From contig NW_027192210.1 in the NCBI RefSeq assembly GCF_041956535.1, positions 190,273 through 254,272 of the forward strand: a stretch of DNA of 64,000 nucleotides, written 5' to 3'. The translations under genes were made by a program, and so were the position numbers. This DNA comes from Calcarisporiella thermophila CBS 279.70. Its lineage: Eukaryota; Fungi; Calcarisporiellomycota. Position 1 is the first letter of the stretch; every line of letters begins with the position of its first letter. The notes below the pieces were generated by a model that saw only the letters and a program-made list of their open reading frames with translations, did no database searches and was not told the origin of the DNA. Positions 52,355 to 64,000 of the stretch are shown here, piece by piece.

Positions 52355-54902
52355 TTAATCTCCGGGCTGATATAACTTCACAACTGCATCCGAGCCGGCT
52401 GATGCTAGCCAAGGTCTTGTTGGATGATAATGCAAGCTCATTACGCCCTCATCGCCCTTGCGACGATGTGACGTGAACTCCTGCACACATGTATACGTTG
52501 CCAAATCCCAAAACCGTATCGATGCATCATGCCCACCCGATACAAATACCGAACCAGCTGGCTCAATATCCAACGAGGTAACTGAGTCGAGATGAGCGGG
52601 CATCGAATGGGTGCAAGAACCAGTGTTCACGTCAAAGAAGCGGATATATTTGTCTTCATGTCCAGAGAGTACGAGTGGCATAGTATGGTGACTCACAATG
52701 CGGTTGATTTGAGTGGCGGGGGTTCCATCTAGGAAACGAAAAGGAATGAAAAATAAGGACCCTTCTTTGACTAGCCGCCATTGCTCAATGCTGTACTTAC
52801 CATAGGTTGAAGCACTTTCAAAGGTGCTCACGCATTGCGATGTCTCCAGATCGAACATCTTAATCACAGAGTTACTGTATGCAACTAGTATTTTCTTCAA
52901 ATCGGTGTGACAAAATTCAATCGAAGTTGGCACAGGGGAGTTTGTGTCCTGTGCATAGAGAATCGAACTACGCAGCGGAGACTTTTCTGCATTCGTATCC
53001 CACAGCTTAACCGTGCCGTCTGCAGAGGCGGACGCGATCAAGTATGGTCTGCCTTCAACATGAATAGGGAAGGCTCGGATATCCCAGATAGCATCCGTGT
53101 GTCCAACGTAAGTTGTTATCTGAAGACTGGGATCTAGATTATAGGTGAGATATGTGCTCCTTCTTGCTCATATGTTATATTAATACTAACCATAAGATGT
53201 ATAGGCACCTCGATCCATTGAGGGAAGACGCCACACTCGGATAGTGGAATCCACACTACCAGAGTAACAGCGACCCTGATTACCCGAAATAATAACCGAA
53301 GTCACCATGCCTGTATGGCCGCGGAAAGTTATTGCAGGCTCCAAGTCTTGAGAGGCAGATCTAGTAACAAGACAGGTGAGTTCATGATTTCTCATTTTGT
53401 GTCTACTTATTACAAAGTTACACGAACCTCTTATTTCCTGAGGTGGCATATCTCCGTAAATTCCAGATCTTCACCGTGCTGTCATCCGAGGCAGAGGCAA
53501 GTATAGGCTCTGAAGGGTGAAAAGACACGGAGCGCACTACATCCAGGTGGTTTCGCAACACAAGCTTACTTCGCCAGACTTTCGTGTCAACAATATCTTT
53601 CTCAACACTAGGTTTTGCAGGTTGGCCTTCTGCTTCCTCAGCAGTTATTGTAAGATTTGCCAGCTCGTCGACCTGTAGTTTAGGGCGAGCTAAAGTAAAA
53701 ACTGGTTATCGCAATCGTCATTCTTCCTAAATTTAATTTTCTATAACGCATACCTTCGGTATTTTCACTTCTAGCCATAATTTTACGAATGCTTTCTGGA
53801 GAGAGCTGAAAATTACTTTGAACATCTTGAATCTAGGTTGACATATATTTAAGGACGAGTAGTTTTTAGAATTCTGTCAAAACAAAATATCTCACCAGCT
53901 GCTCTTCACTAACTCCCTCTTCTTCATCTTCTTCGGCCCCTTTCATGCTACCAGTGTCGACTGTTCCCTTCTCAGCTTGTGCCAATTTTGTGCCCTCATC
54001 AATAGATGGAGAAGGTTTTCCAGTAATAGCTGAGGGTGACAGATCTGTAGCGGACATGATTCCACCGGCGCCAGGCTGGTTTTGGCCAAGATGTGTCTCG
54101 CTTAAGTGTACCGCATCAACTGTATGTGGTGAAAGGAAAACATCGGAGACAGCCGGTTCTCGCGAATGTCCAGCGGTGCCCATCCAAATGCCACCGGTTC
54201 TCCAATTCTTAAGCGAGTTGGTAGTGTCGAGAGCCGCGTTAGATAAGTGTGTAATTTCATTGAGGCACCTTAAAAAAAAAATAGGGTGAAGTTTAATGAA
54301 CTGCCGCATATATTGCGATATTCTAGGGAAGCAAACATTTTTAGGTATTCTCTACTCTTTGAAAGCTCCTTTGCCTCTGCAAGCGCCTTACTAGCGAGCG
54401 CTGATAGATCCTCAGAGGCATTTTGTGTTGTTGATGTATCTATTTTAAACAAAGAGGACTCAATTCCTTCAGAATACTCAAAATTAATGGTGTATGAACC
54501 AACCAACCTGCAGCACGATTTGGATCGCTCATTATTACTGTCGTCTCATCTGCACTGCTTGAAGTGCCTGAGGAAACGTATTTTTTCCTATTGAATATAT
54601 ATAGAATAATCCATTTTCTTTTTTTTTTCACAGTTTAACCAAGAAATAGTGTACCTCTCCTGCATAAGAGCTACTTCCAACATCTTTATCCGTCTCATTA
54701 GCGCATTTTTTAGATTCTCCATGCCGCGCCTTTCACCCTCTAACGCTGCGATCCGGGCCTTCATCTCCGTACGCTCCAATTCCCACTCATGCCGTTCGCG
54801 TTCAAAACGTCGCCACTCGGACTGTAGGAAATGAAGTACAGAGGGGAGGGTATGTTCTGATGGCTCGGGATCAGTAGGCGGTCTAACGATGGTTGTATTC
54901 AT
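52355..54902 (-). CDS. Striatin (STRIPAK scaffold; Far8/Pro11/StrA orthologue)
   Basis: Striatin domain TLPSVLHFLQSEWRRFERERHEWELERTEMKARIAALEGE..RRIKMLEVAL, KSREYLK..CLNEI, and C-terminal WD40 repeats ending HRRKGDEGVMSLHYHP..LASAGSDAVVKLY. Confidence 0.95.
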
Positions 54903-55527
54903 ACAAATGGGCAGTGGGAGAAAGAAATATGGAGAGAGGATTTGCGCTTAATGCAATATGTATTGAATCGTAATTATAAGCTATTAATAAAATGAAGGAA
55001 AAAAAACGGGAAAAACAATTGCTTGCGTGTTATTGAGTTACCCAATTTTCCTCTCCAATTTTCTTGCCAAAACCAAATAAGATCTCCAATCCCTTCTACT
55101 GACTATACATAAAATTCATAAAATCCCAATAAAACTAGTAAAAATGGGGTAATTCAAAAAGAAAGACGAAAGCAAAGGCATTAGAGCTATATAAATATGA
55201 TTGGACTTGCTCCTAAGTAGAGTCGTGACCCGTTTGAGACGGTTTTGTGAGGAGCTGGTTTATTGATAATTTATCATATTCTTGAAAAGATATCAAGAGC
55301 CTCTAACCGAAGTTTTTTTTTTATTTTTTTTTTCTTTGATAATATATAAACCCCTTCAATGCACAAGAGTCATCATACATCAAAGCATAAACAAAGAAAA
55401 GAGACAAATAGTGAAAAGCAGGTAAATATAACAGAGAAATTAAAAAAAAAAATGAATAAAAAAGATATTTGGCAAAGAGAAAAAAGTTATTATTGAAATG
55501 GACAACTCACAATAATATATTAGGTAC

Positions 55528-57422
55528 CTAATTTTGATCCTCCAATTTGAAGAGAGTTCTAAGTGTTAGTGTTATATCTGAGAGAGATGTGGGCGTATGC
55601 TTGGAATGGTGAGTCGGCTCAGAGGTATTGGGCTTCTGGGGAGAGAATGCCGACGTTGATTTGAGAGCATGAGGTCCGTGGTGCGAGTGATGTTTAGACC
55701 CAAGCAGGCTCAGAAGCTCGCGAGATTTACGTTGAAGGGCAATGTTTTCGGCCTTTATTACGGCCACTCGTTAATATTATACTCTAAAAGCTGTTGCAGT
55801 GGGATGATACTTACATGTGGTTCAGACTTGTCTTTGGCTTCATCAACTTCCATACGAAACATCTCTCCTTCTAATATGGTAGAGGGGGTGGATTGGTTAA
55901 CCGCAACAGATGGCATGGAAATAGTACGCGAGCGCAAGGAGATTGGAGTTTCAGATAAAAATGTGACAGGCAGACCGCTAGCCGAGCGAGGCATGCGAGT
56001 GGGGGAATCTAGTGGAGGAGGAGCGGAAGAGAGAGGTTCTCCGGATGGACAAAGTGACATTTCCAGCGCTGAAATCGCTTGGCTCCATGAATGGCCACCA
56101 AAAACGGGGGCAGGAAGGGCGCTTGGGGCAGGAGAGTTGTGGAAGGTAGGACCAGCATACAGTTTAGAAGGTGAAGTTCCCTCAGCGAAAGGTGATGTAT
56201 TGCCTCCAGAGCTGCTGCCAAGTTCAACCAACGTGTTGGAGCGGCGTCGGCCTGAGCGAGCAGAATGGGAGGGGGTGTTATTTGTACTGGGTATTTCAGG
56301 CAGCGTATCCAGTGCAAAACTTGTTAATTTACGGCTGGATTTTTCTCCAGGGGGATTCTCAGGGGCAGAAGCGGGAGAAGGCGTGGGCGTTTGTTTGGTC
56401 TTGCTGACTTTCTTAAGGCTCGAAGTGGAAGTTGGGGTAGAGGAGGAAGTACCAGAAGCGAAGGGATTGGGGGGCATTGAAAAGCGTTTATGTGTATCAC
56501 GCTTGAGATTAGCCGTTTTATTCTTGGATGGTTTCGTTGGAGAAGCGGAGGCCAATTTTTCGCTACGTTCTTCATAGCAGGGATCCTCGTCAGTGTCGTG
56601 ATCGGCAAGGGCAGGGAGCTGCTTCGTTGGGCTACTGCTGAGTTCTTTCTCGCCCTCTTTCTCGAGCTCCTCATCATTTCTGTGAGACTGAGAGCGCCTG
56701 GACTTCGATTTAGTAGATGCAGGTTCCCGTGCACGGGGCTGTTCAGGGGATATTTGGTGGTTCTTTTTCTTTCTCTCATGTTTACTATTAGTGTTGTTTT
56801 TTTCCTTCTTAGCTCTAGCTTCACCATTTTCACCCTCGCCTCCGCTCAAAACTTTTCCTTCAAGTATATCCTTAGCTGGATTCGGTGCAGAGCACTCCTT
56901 CGCCAGCAAGTTGAGTATTGGCGCACTCTGAGGGCGTTTCATGATGGTTACCGAACCCGGTTCGAGGGGTGGTGCAGCTTTTTGCCGATTTTCGCCAGAG
57001 GAATTAAGTTTCGTTGTGACCGCAGTCGCCGCCGCTGATCGACATTTTTTCCCTTTTTTGCTGCCCTTATCCGCGATTGCTGCTTTTTTCCTTGCTGAGC
57101 AGGGATTGACCGCCGGAGGTAATACCAAAATTCCAGGCACGTGTTTTTCATTCCCAGTGCCGACTAAATCGATAGAGAAGGGATCTTCGAGCTCGTTGCG
57201 TTCTGGTGGTGGGGACGAAGGAGCAGTAGGGTGTTGTCGTGACTGTCGTTTACCCTTCGTATGAGATTTATTCATCTTGCGCGTGGGTGATGAGGAGGAT
57301 ATAATCGCAGGATTTAACTTAGGAGATCGATTTGCACCTTTCCCCAGTTGTTGTTGCTGTTGCAATGAAAACTTAGCGACCGCACTATTGGAAAAAGAAT
57401 TTTTCGAAGTAATAGAAGTCAT
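55528..57422 (-). CDS. Disordered protein with PNRC/Edc1-type decapping-activator motif
   Basis: LYAGPTFHNSPAPSALPAPVF (PNRC motif). A probable intron (about 55814-55753) joins the last exon ending LRTLFKLEDQN. Confidence 0.8.
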
Positions 57423-58171
57423 CGTTAATTGATCAGGATTTTCTATCGGATTTCGGTGAGGTTGGATGGTGCAGTAATGTAATCGAAGAGGATGCCGGAG
57501 ACATTCGCCGTCGAATGGACATAAAGGAAACTTAAAATAACGGTGTGGGAGTGGGCTTGAAACTGGAAAGCACACAAACGAAGTGAACAGGAATAGAAAG
57601 AAGGGAAGAGAGAGGAGCTAGGGTCGGATGTATATGATAAAGTGATATACTTGTTCCGCTTTGATTAAATTTTCAGCAGGAGAGTTCGAAAGATTTAAAA
57701 TAGTAAACAGTATTTTCCGGAGAACAGTAAAAAGAGAAATGTAAGTCACTATCGTTGATGCAAGAAAAGGAGAAAAATTTAACAATAAGTAAATGTGAAA
57801 GTGTACTATGAACAGATATAACCTGTGTTGTGTTGGACAGAGAAAGAAAAGAAAAGATGCGAGATTGGGGTTCGTCATTAATTCTAAGCCACAACAGTAT
57901 AGGGGAGAAAGGGATCGATGACCACGGGGATTCCAAAGCCACAGGTGGATAATAGAATTGACGCCAGAGTGTTTCGAAACTACACGTTGTTTTTTCACTG
58001 AAACGAGAACATAATAGGTGAAAAGAGGGGGAAGCTTAAAGTCCCCTTTTTTTTTCTTTCATCTGTCATTCTTTCAATTTTGCATTTAGAGAATTGCGTG
58101 GAGGGAAACTCTTCCCTCAATCTCAGAACTTTTTCCATCAATATTCCCAATAAATTTAGAAAATTCTAAGT

Positions 58172-61100
58172 ATGGAACAGTCTTCATCAGCCTTTGTAGA
58201 ATGGGTTAGTTTTTAAGAGTTAATATTAGTAATTGCTACAATTAAAATTTATAACACGCTCTTGGTCTTCAATAGATCAACACGTTTGCAGATAGCATCT
58301 CACACTCCATCCATCACATCTCTGAACTTTCCGATGGAATTGTATTGTTCGAAGTCTTAGCTGATATGTAATTATTATTCCATCTGCCAATTTCATTGTG
58401 AATACACTGATGTTAAGTTTTAAACAGCGATCCTAAATGGTTTAAAGCCATTCGCCAAGCTGATATCGGAGACAATTGGGTACTCAAATTTAACAATCTC
58501 AAGAAGCTGCACAAACTGGTTACGCGTTTTTTCGAAGAGGTTTTGGGCCAGTCAACTCAAGCGCTTGAACCCCCAAATCTTAATTTAATAGCCAAGGAAG
58601 CCGATGCAGGCGAATTGCTGAAATTATGCCAACTTGTGATTGCACTAGCTGTTCAGAGTGAAAATAATCAGATATATATCGAACGGATTCAGGGATTAAG
58701 CCAGCGTGCGCAGCACACACTGATGTTATCAATTGAACAGGTTATTACACTATATTGATCCGTCAGAGAAAGTCAACCCATTGTTGATTTCTAAGCTTTG
58801 ATGTAGGTGATGAAAAATCTTGGAAACTCTGAATTTGGCTCTGAGCCAGCAACTCCCCAGCGAGAACAATCAAATTCCTACGAGTAAGCCATATTTCTTT
58901 CCAAATAGCTGTTCAACGCCTCGTGATATAACTTATGTCCAATTTAGTAGCGGGCGGTTTTATTCACCTCAATCTGACTATAATCGTCTATTAAAAGAGA
59001 AAGAGGACTTGGAGAAAGCATACAAACAACTAATCGAGGAAAATGGCCAGCTGCAATATAAATATGAGGAGATGACATCAGAGAAGGATGAGTTAAAGGT
59101 GCGTCTAAGGGAAATGGAGCAAAGTGTGGCGCAAGCACGCGAAACAGGTCGGCACGATTTTATTATGAAAACCGAAATCGATCATCTGAAGCAGGACCTG
59201 TAAATAAGATTCTAATTTTTATAGTTACCATGATTATTAAAATAAGCTACTATTATTTTCTAGAGAGAGAAGCGAAGAAAAACGACAAGAGGCTGAAATA
59301 ATGATCGATTCGTTAAACCAGTCAAACATCGAGCTTCAGCGGAAGGTTGACGAGCTCAAGAAGGAGGCGGAAGAGGTTGTTCGTTTGAAAGACAAGCTCT
59401 ATGAATATAAACACGCGGCGGATAAACTTCAGAAGCAGGAAAACACAATAGAGAAGTATCGCAAGAGACTGGAGGAAGCAGCCGACCTTAGGAGACAAAT
59501 CAAAGTAACTTTTCAAAATTAAACGTATTATGACTTTAATATGGTTAGTAAATGTCATCATGTTTTCTTTTGGTTTTACAGACATTAGAGGACCAAAACC
59601 ATAACCTTGTGGAGCGCAATCAGCAAGTCGAAGACGAATATCGCAAAGTCCTTGCATTCAAGTCTCTCATGGACTCATATAAAGAACAAGTTGCAACGTT
59701 AGAGGGGAAAAATTCCGAGTTAACGCGCCAGAAGAACGAAATTGAGTTTGAACTGAAACGAGTCACATCCCGTCTCGAAGTAATACATGAAGAACAAGCA
59801 CATGACCAAGAGACAATACAGCTTCTAGAAGAGAGATTGAAGGAATACGAGCTTGGAGGAGGACTGTCACTTGCATTAGGAGGAGCTGCCAGCGAGGGAA
59901 GAGAAGGGGCTGGTGGGGAGGTTGTAGGGACTGCTCTCGGAGATGACTTGGAGGGAACTACCACAACTGGACTGAAGCTGAAGATTTCCAGGCTTGAACG
60001 GGAACTAAGAACGCTTAAAGAGGAAAAATCGGAGGGCGGAAGTTCTCGTGCCGTTGTTCTGGAACATTTGTTAGAAGACGCAAATCGCATGAAAGCTAAA
60101 TTCGAACAGGTTGGTCATTAGCTGTTGAACCCTAAATTTACATTCAATTCTCAATATCATAATATTACTAGGACTATTTGCAAGTGCACCAAGAGAAACT
60201 TCAACTCGAGAATGAGTTGGCGCGCATTCGGAGTGGTGGAAAGCTAGAAGATAGCGAATTCTCGCTAACCCTCCGCACCCGCCTCAACGAATACGAGAAA
60301 GAAACATCAGAGCTCAAACGCAAGCTTGCTGAGACCGAGGTGCAGCTCAAGGAGACTCGTAATGAACTGACGGTGGCCCAATCGGACCTCAATCTACTTG
60401 GTAAGGATCAGCTCGATGCAATCGCAGAAATTAAGAAGCGCAACGCAACCGAACTAGAGCGGCTACAAGAAGATCACACTGTCTTACAACAGCGCTCATC
60501 ACAACTTGAAGAGCAAGTCAAGGAGCAGCTTGAACAGGTGAATCGACTGCTTCGGGAGAAGGATGAGCTACAGCGTCAAAACATCGAGACGAAGGATCAG
60601 CTGCTAGAAAAAGAAAAACTCAACAGCGATATGAAGGCAACCCTCGCTGCCTTGCAATCGAACGACAATGAGACAATGAAAGCGCTCAATGCACAGCTGC
60701 AGCAGGAGGTCGTAACGCTACGGGAACAGACCCAGCAAATGCAAATCAAAATGCAGAAAGCCAAGGAATTCATTAAACAACAAGATAAACTATTCCGAGA
60801 AACGAAAATGGGAGCTCCCAAGGTGAGTTATATACACATCTATTTTTGGTTATGCAAACCAATTCATGCCGACCATTTTTAACTAGGAAAACTTCGACGA
60901 GGCAATCCAATCACTCAACGCGGAGATCAAGCTTCGTGAAGATGAAATTACTAGACTCAGGGTAGGATACTCTCATACAAAATTAGAAAAGTACATGCTT
61001 TATTATTTTTATTTACACCTCATAGAAACAACTTCACGAAAAAGATGTGCTTACTCGTCGCGAACAACAGCTTATTCTCTCTGCATGGTACGATATTGGG

Positions 61101-61211
61101 CGTAGGCTGCAGCGCGACAGCTTGCCGGCTGCTCAACGAGCGCCATCTACACCCGTTTCATGGCTCGGGCAGCAGAGACGAAATTTAGATGCACAATTAA
61201 AGAGACGATGA
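58172..61211 (+). CDS. Hook-family dynein/kinesin cargo adaptor
   Basis: MEQSSSAFVEW|INTF..ELSDGIVLFEVLADI|DPKWFK..DNWVLKFNNLKKL (Hook domain), long coiled coil, C-terminal REQQLILSAWYDIG..SWLGQQRR. Confidence 0.93.
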
Positions 61212-61479
61212 TTTTGGGGAACTAGTTTTTTTTCTGAGTATAATTTTTTTTTTTGATTTAATTTTCACTACTACAATTTTAATTGTTTAAATAAACGATA
61301 GCACATTAAATCTGCTCTTTTTTTTTTGTCTATATTACTGTCTTTAGCAAAATGAAGATTTAATAAGAACGATAACAGATGATATAAGATATATAGAACA
61401 TATATATTTTGAAGCCCATCAAATATATATAAAAAATAGAGATGGGAACACATAGTTTTCCCTTTATAACCTTGAACAG

Positions 61480-63866
61480 TTAATTGGGTACCCTCATATA
61501 GAACAACAAATATGCCAGTCTTTCAAGCGCCGGTGTTCCCTCATCATCCCTGGATACCACTTCATCCTCGGAGGCTGGAGTAATGACTGTGTCATCAAAA
61601 TGCAGCCACTCTCCATTTTGACGTAACACATCACACGTATAATGGCCACCTGTTGCTGATTTACCATGGTGATAGACAACCCCGAAGAGTTTGTATTCTG
61701 TGGGCTGAGGAGTGCGTCGAGCAGGGGATATCATTTCTAAAATTAAGCAAACTTCAGCATTCATGATCATATCATTGCTTTAAAACAAAACTACCCACCA
61801 GGCTTAATCGTCAATCGTGTAGAGTATTTGATTTGCTTGTGCAACTTCTGAGTCCCTCCTGCAATACTGTCATATACAAACCGCTTTAAGTGTATGATTA
61901 GCACAGGTGGTAGGGTTTCTAAGTAAAGTTGTGCCGTCGCATCGATTCTCCCTTCACTTGTTGTGTATTCTACAGACTCTGGAGTTGTCATCTCGTGCAG
62001 GGCATCTTCGATCGTGCAAACAGTATCGGATTGTATATCTAATTTCAAAGATTGGAACGGCTCTACTTTAACTGAATCTTTTTTGCCAGGACATTTAAGT
62101 ATGGATCGGAGGCGACCCACAAAGATACGGGATATCGGAGTCTCTGCAAACTCTGTAGAACGCATTGTAACGGTCCTGTTTTTCCGGCCAACTTCGTTCC
62201 ATTCGTTGTCCTGGGAGAGAATAGCCGTTGCTGCAGATGTGAGTTCGGGTTCCAATAACGCTTGGCACTGATAACTCTCATCGCCAATTTTGTAAGTTTC
62301 AGTGCGGTACAGAGGCGATTTTGTAACTACTTGTGAAAAAAAAAAATGTAAAAAGCCAGTCGAAAGAGATTATCGAATCGAATAAATAACCTGTCAGAAG
62401 TTCCTCGTGTAAGCCATCCAATAAATATAGTAAAAATTCTTCTGCATCCTCCTGACGCCCCTTAATAGAATCGAATCGTTTCAAACCCCTTAGAGTATCG
62501 TAGATGTATTCTGGCACAAATGGCGCTCCGTATTCTTCATCTGGCAACGGCAAACATTATACTTTGTAAATCAGTTGCTCTCAAACAAACCAAAATATGT
62601 CAAGACCATACTCATAGTACTTGGATCGGACTCTCCAATTGCTTGAAATTCATTTAAAAACATGATCCTAAATGTTGCGAAAATGAGCAATTAGGTATTA
62701 TCCATAGAGAGCTAAACACTTACATAGAATCCAAGAGAGGGGTTCTGCTTTTAAAGCTATGCACTACATGTGTACTAATTGCGCTTATTAGGTTGTAAAA
62801 AGGAGCACAATGTGAAAGAGGTTGGAGGACCTATTATTCACAGTTGTAAATAGGTGATTCTTTGTATAGATGTTATTATAGAATTTACAGCATTCATGAA
62901 GCAAGTGTTGCCGTTATTGATTAAGCCGCGGGGCTGCAATAATCGGGAGTTAAAAGTGGTCTCGTATCGCTTGATTACATCTGGAATAAAAAAAGTATGA
63001 GGGCATCAGTAGAATGCACTAGTGTTGTCCTATATATGTGGTATATTCACCTCCAATTCCAGTGAATTTAACATTCCCGTTAACATTTATTGGGAGTTTG
63101 TTCTGAGGCGGAGAAGATTTCGAACTGGGTATTGATTTGGTGTTCGGCGTATTGGTCTTAGCTATATCTGCCCAGGATTTCTTTACTGGCATTGCTATTG
63201 TCGGTGCTATTGCTGTTGTTGCTGTTGTTGTGACGGAGGTGGTTGTGGCGTTTATGGTTGTCGTAGTAGGTGTGGCAGTTGCCACGTCTGTTCTAGACTT
63301 ATCGGTTGTATCAATTGGAATAATGCCATTCGGTTTGGTTGCGTCAGACATAGAAGTGGTATTAGGGCGTATAGATAATATGGGGGAGGATAACGGATTG
63401 GACTCGGTGGAATTCTGTTGTGAAGTTGTTGATGTTTGTGTAGTATGTGGAGTAGAACAAGGTGAGTGGATCAGCGACTTCGATGCTTGCCCATTCAGGT
63501 ACTTTGATGTTTTAACCTTATCTATAAAAAACATGCCAATATGTTAAGAATACAAATCAAGAGTGCACACCTGAAAGAGGGTTACTTTTTCTTGATGATT
63601 TCGCTGTGGAATACGCTTTACTCTAAAGAGAATACCATGCATTAGAATTCATGGGGGGAAACTTATTCTAAAAAAATTGTACCGGAATAACGAATTCTAC
63701 CGATCCTCCCCCCGCCATGACCCTTTTGCGCTCCTCTTGACTCAACGATCCAAATTGTTTCCCCGGTACCACTTGGTACTAAAGGTCGTTTCGCCAAGAT
63801 TACGATACCAGTTAAACAATTCCAATGATCCATATCACTTACCTCTCTTCTTGTCGAGAGCTGCAT
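61480..63866 (-). CDS. UBP3: Ubiquitin-specific protease Ubp3/USP10
   Basis: KKSWADI motif, Cys box [47 protein letters not shown], His box [23 protein letters not shown]. Short 5' exons from ATG 63866 splice in frame; start tentative. Confidence 0.93.
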
Positions 63867-64000
63867 CGCTGTATATTATATAAAATTTTAAAATAATGGA
63901 AAAAATAAAAACGAGAAATAAAAGAATAAAATAGAGAAAACAAAAACTATAATATATACACTCAAGTATCAGATTAAAGTGGAGCAGAAATAGACATTCA

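Noticed and set aside
55669-56577. 302-aa plus-strand ORF
   Set aside because: Antisense shadow of the Ser/Pro-rich PNRC-motif gene.

Overview
Gene-dense, intron-rich eukaryotic DNA from a fungus. Short GT-AG introns with CTAAY/CTGAC branch points and the gene set (Zds1-like, Hse1, Pmt2, Hook, SERCA, ADAM, AMFR-like, NAT9-like) suggest an early-diverging lineage such as Mucoromycota; that placement is inference. I can build about 26 protein-coding genes by hand-splicing, mostly housekeeping: ubiquitin (cut by the window edge), NAC-alpha, FAD monooxygenase, PHD protein, RACK1, Ard1, NAT9-like, GPAT, Zds1-like, Hse1, cyclin, Tim17, PIG-X, Ubc8, Vcx1, ADAM, Pmt2, GDSL esterase, AMFR-like RING E3, SDR, SERCA, striatin, PNRC-motif protein, Hook and Ubp3. 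The best candidate for an undescribed system is an intronless secreted precursor at 4846-5553. It has three gap-free ~49-aa Asn-rich, single-Cys repeats bounded by KR/RR Kex2 sites and lies divergently from a FAD monooxygenase. Other items missed by the ORF track: a U24-like C/D snoRNA with a non-standard second guide in a RACK1 intron, an unidentified structured non-coding element at ~40.8-41.1 kb, a 6-nt micro-exon next to the GPAT catalytic motif, and a long hairpin in Ubp3 intron 1. No transposons, tRNAs, rRNAs or CRISPR arrays were recognised. Exon boundaries were read by eye and no database searches were run.
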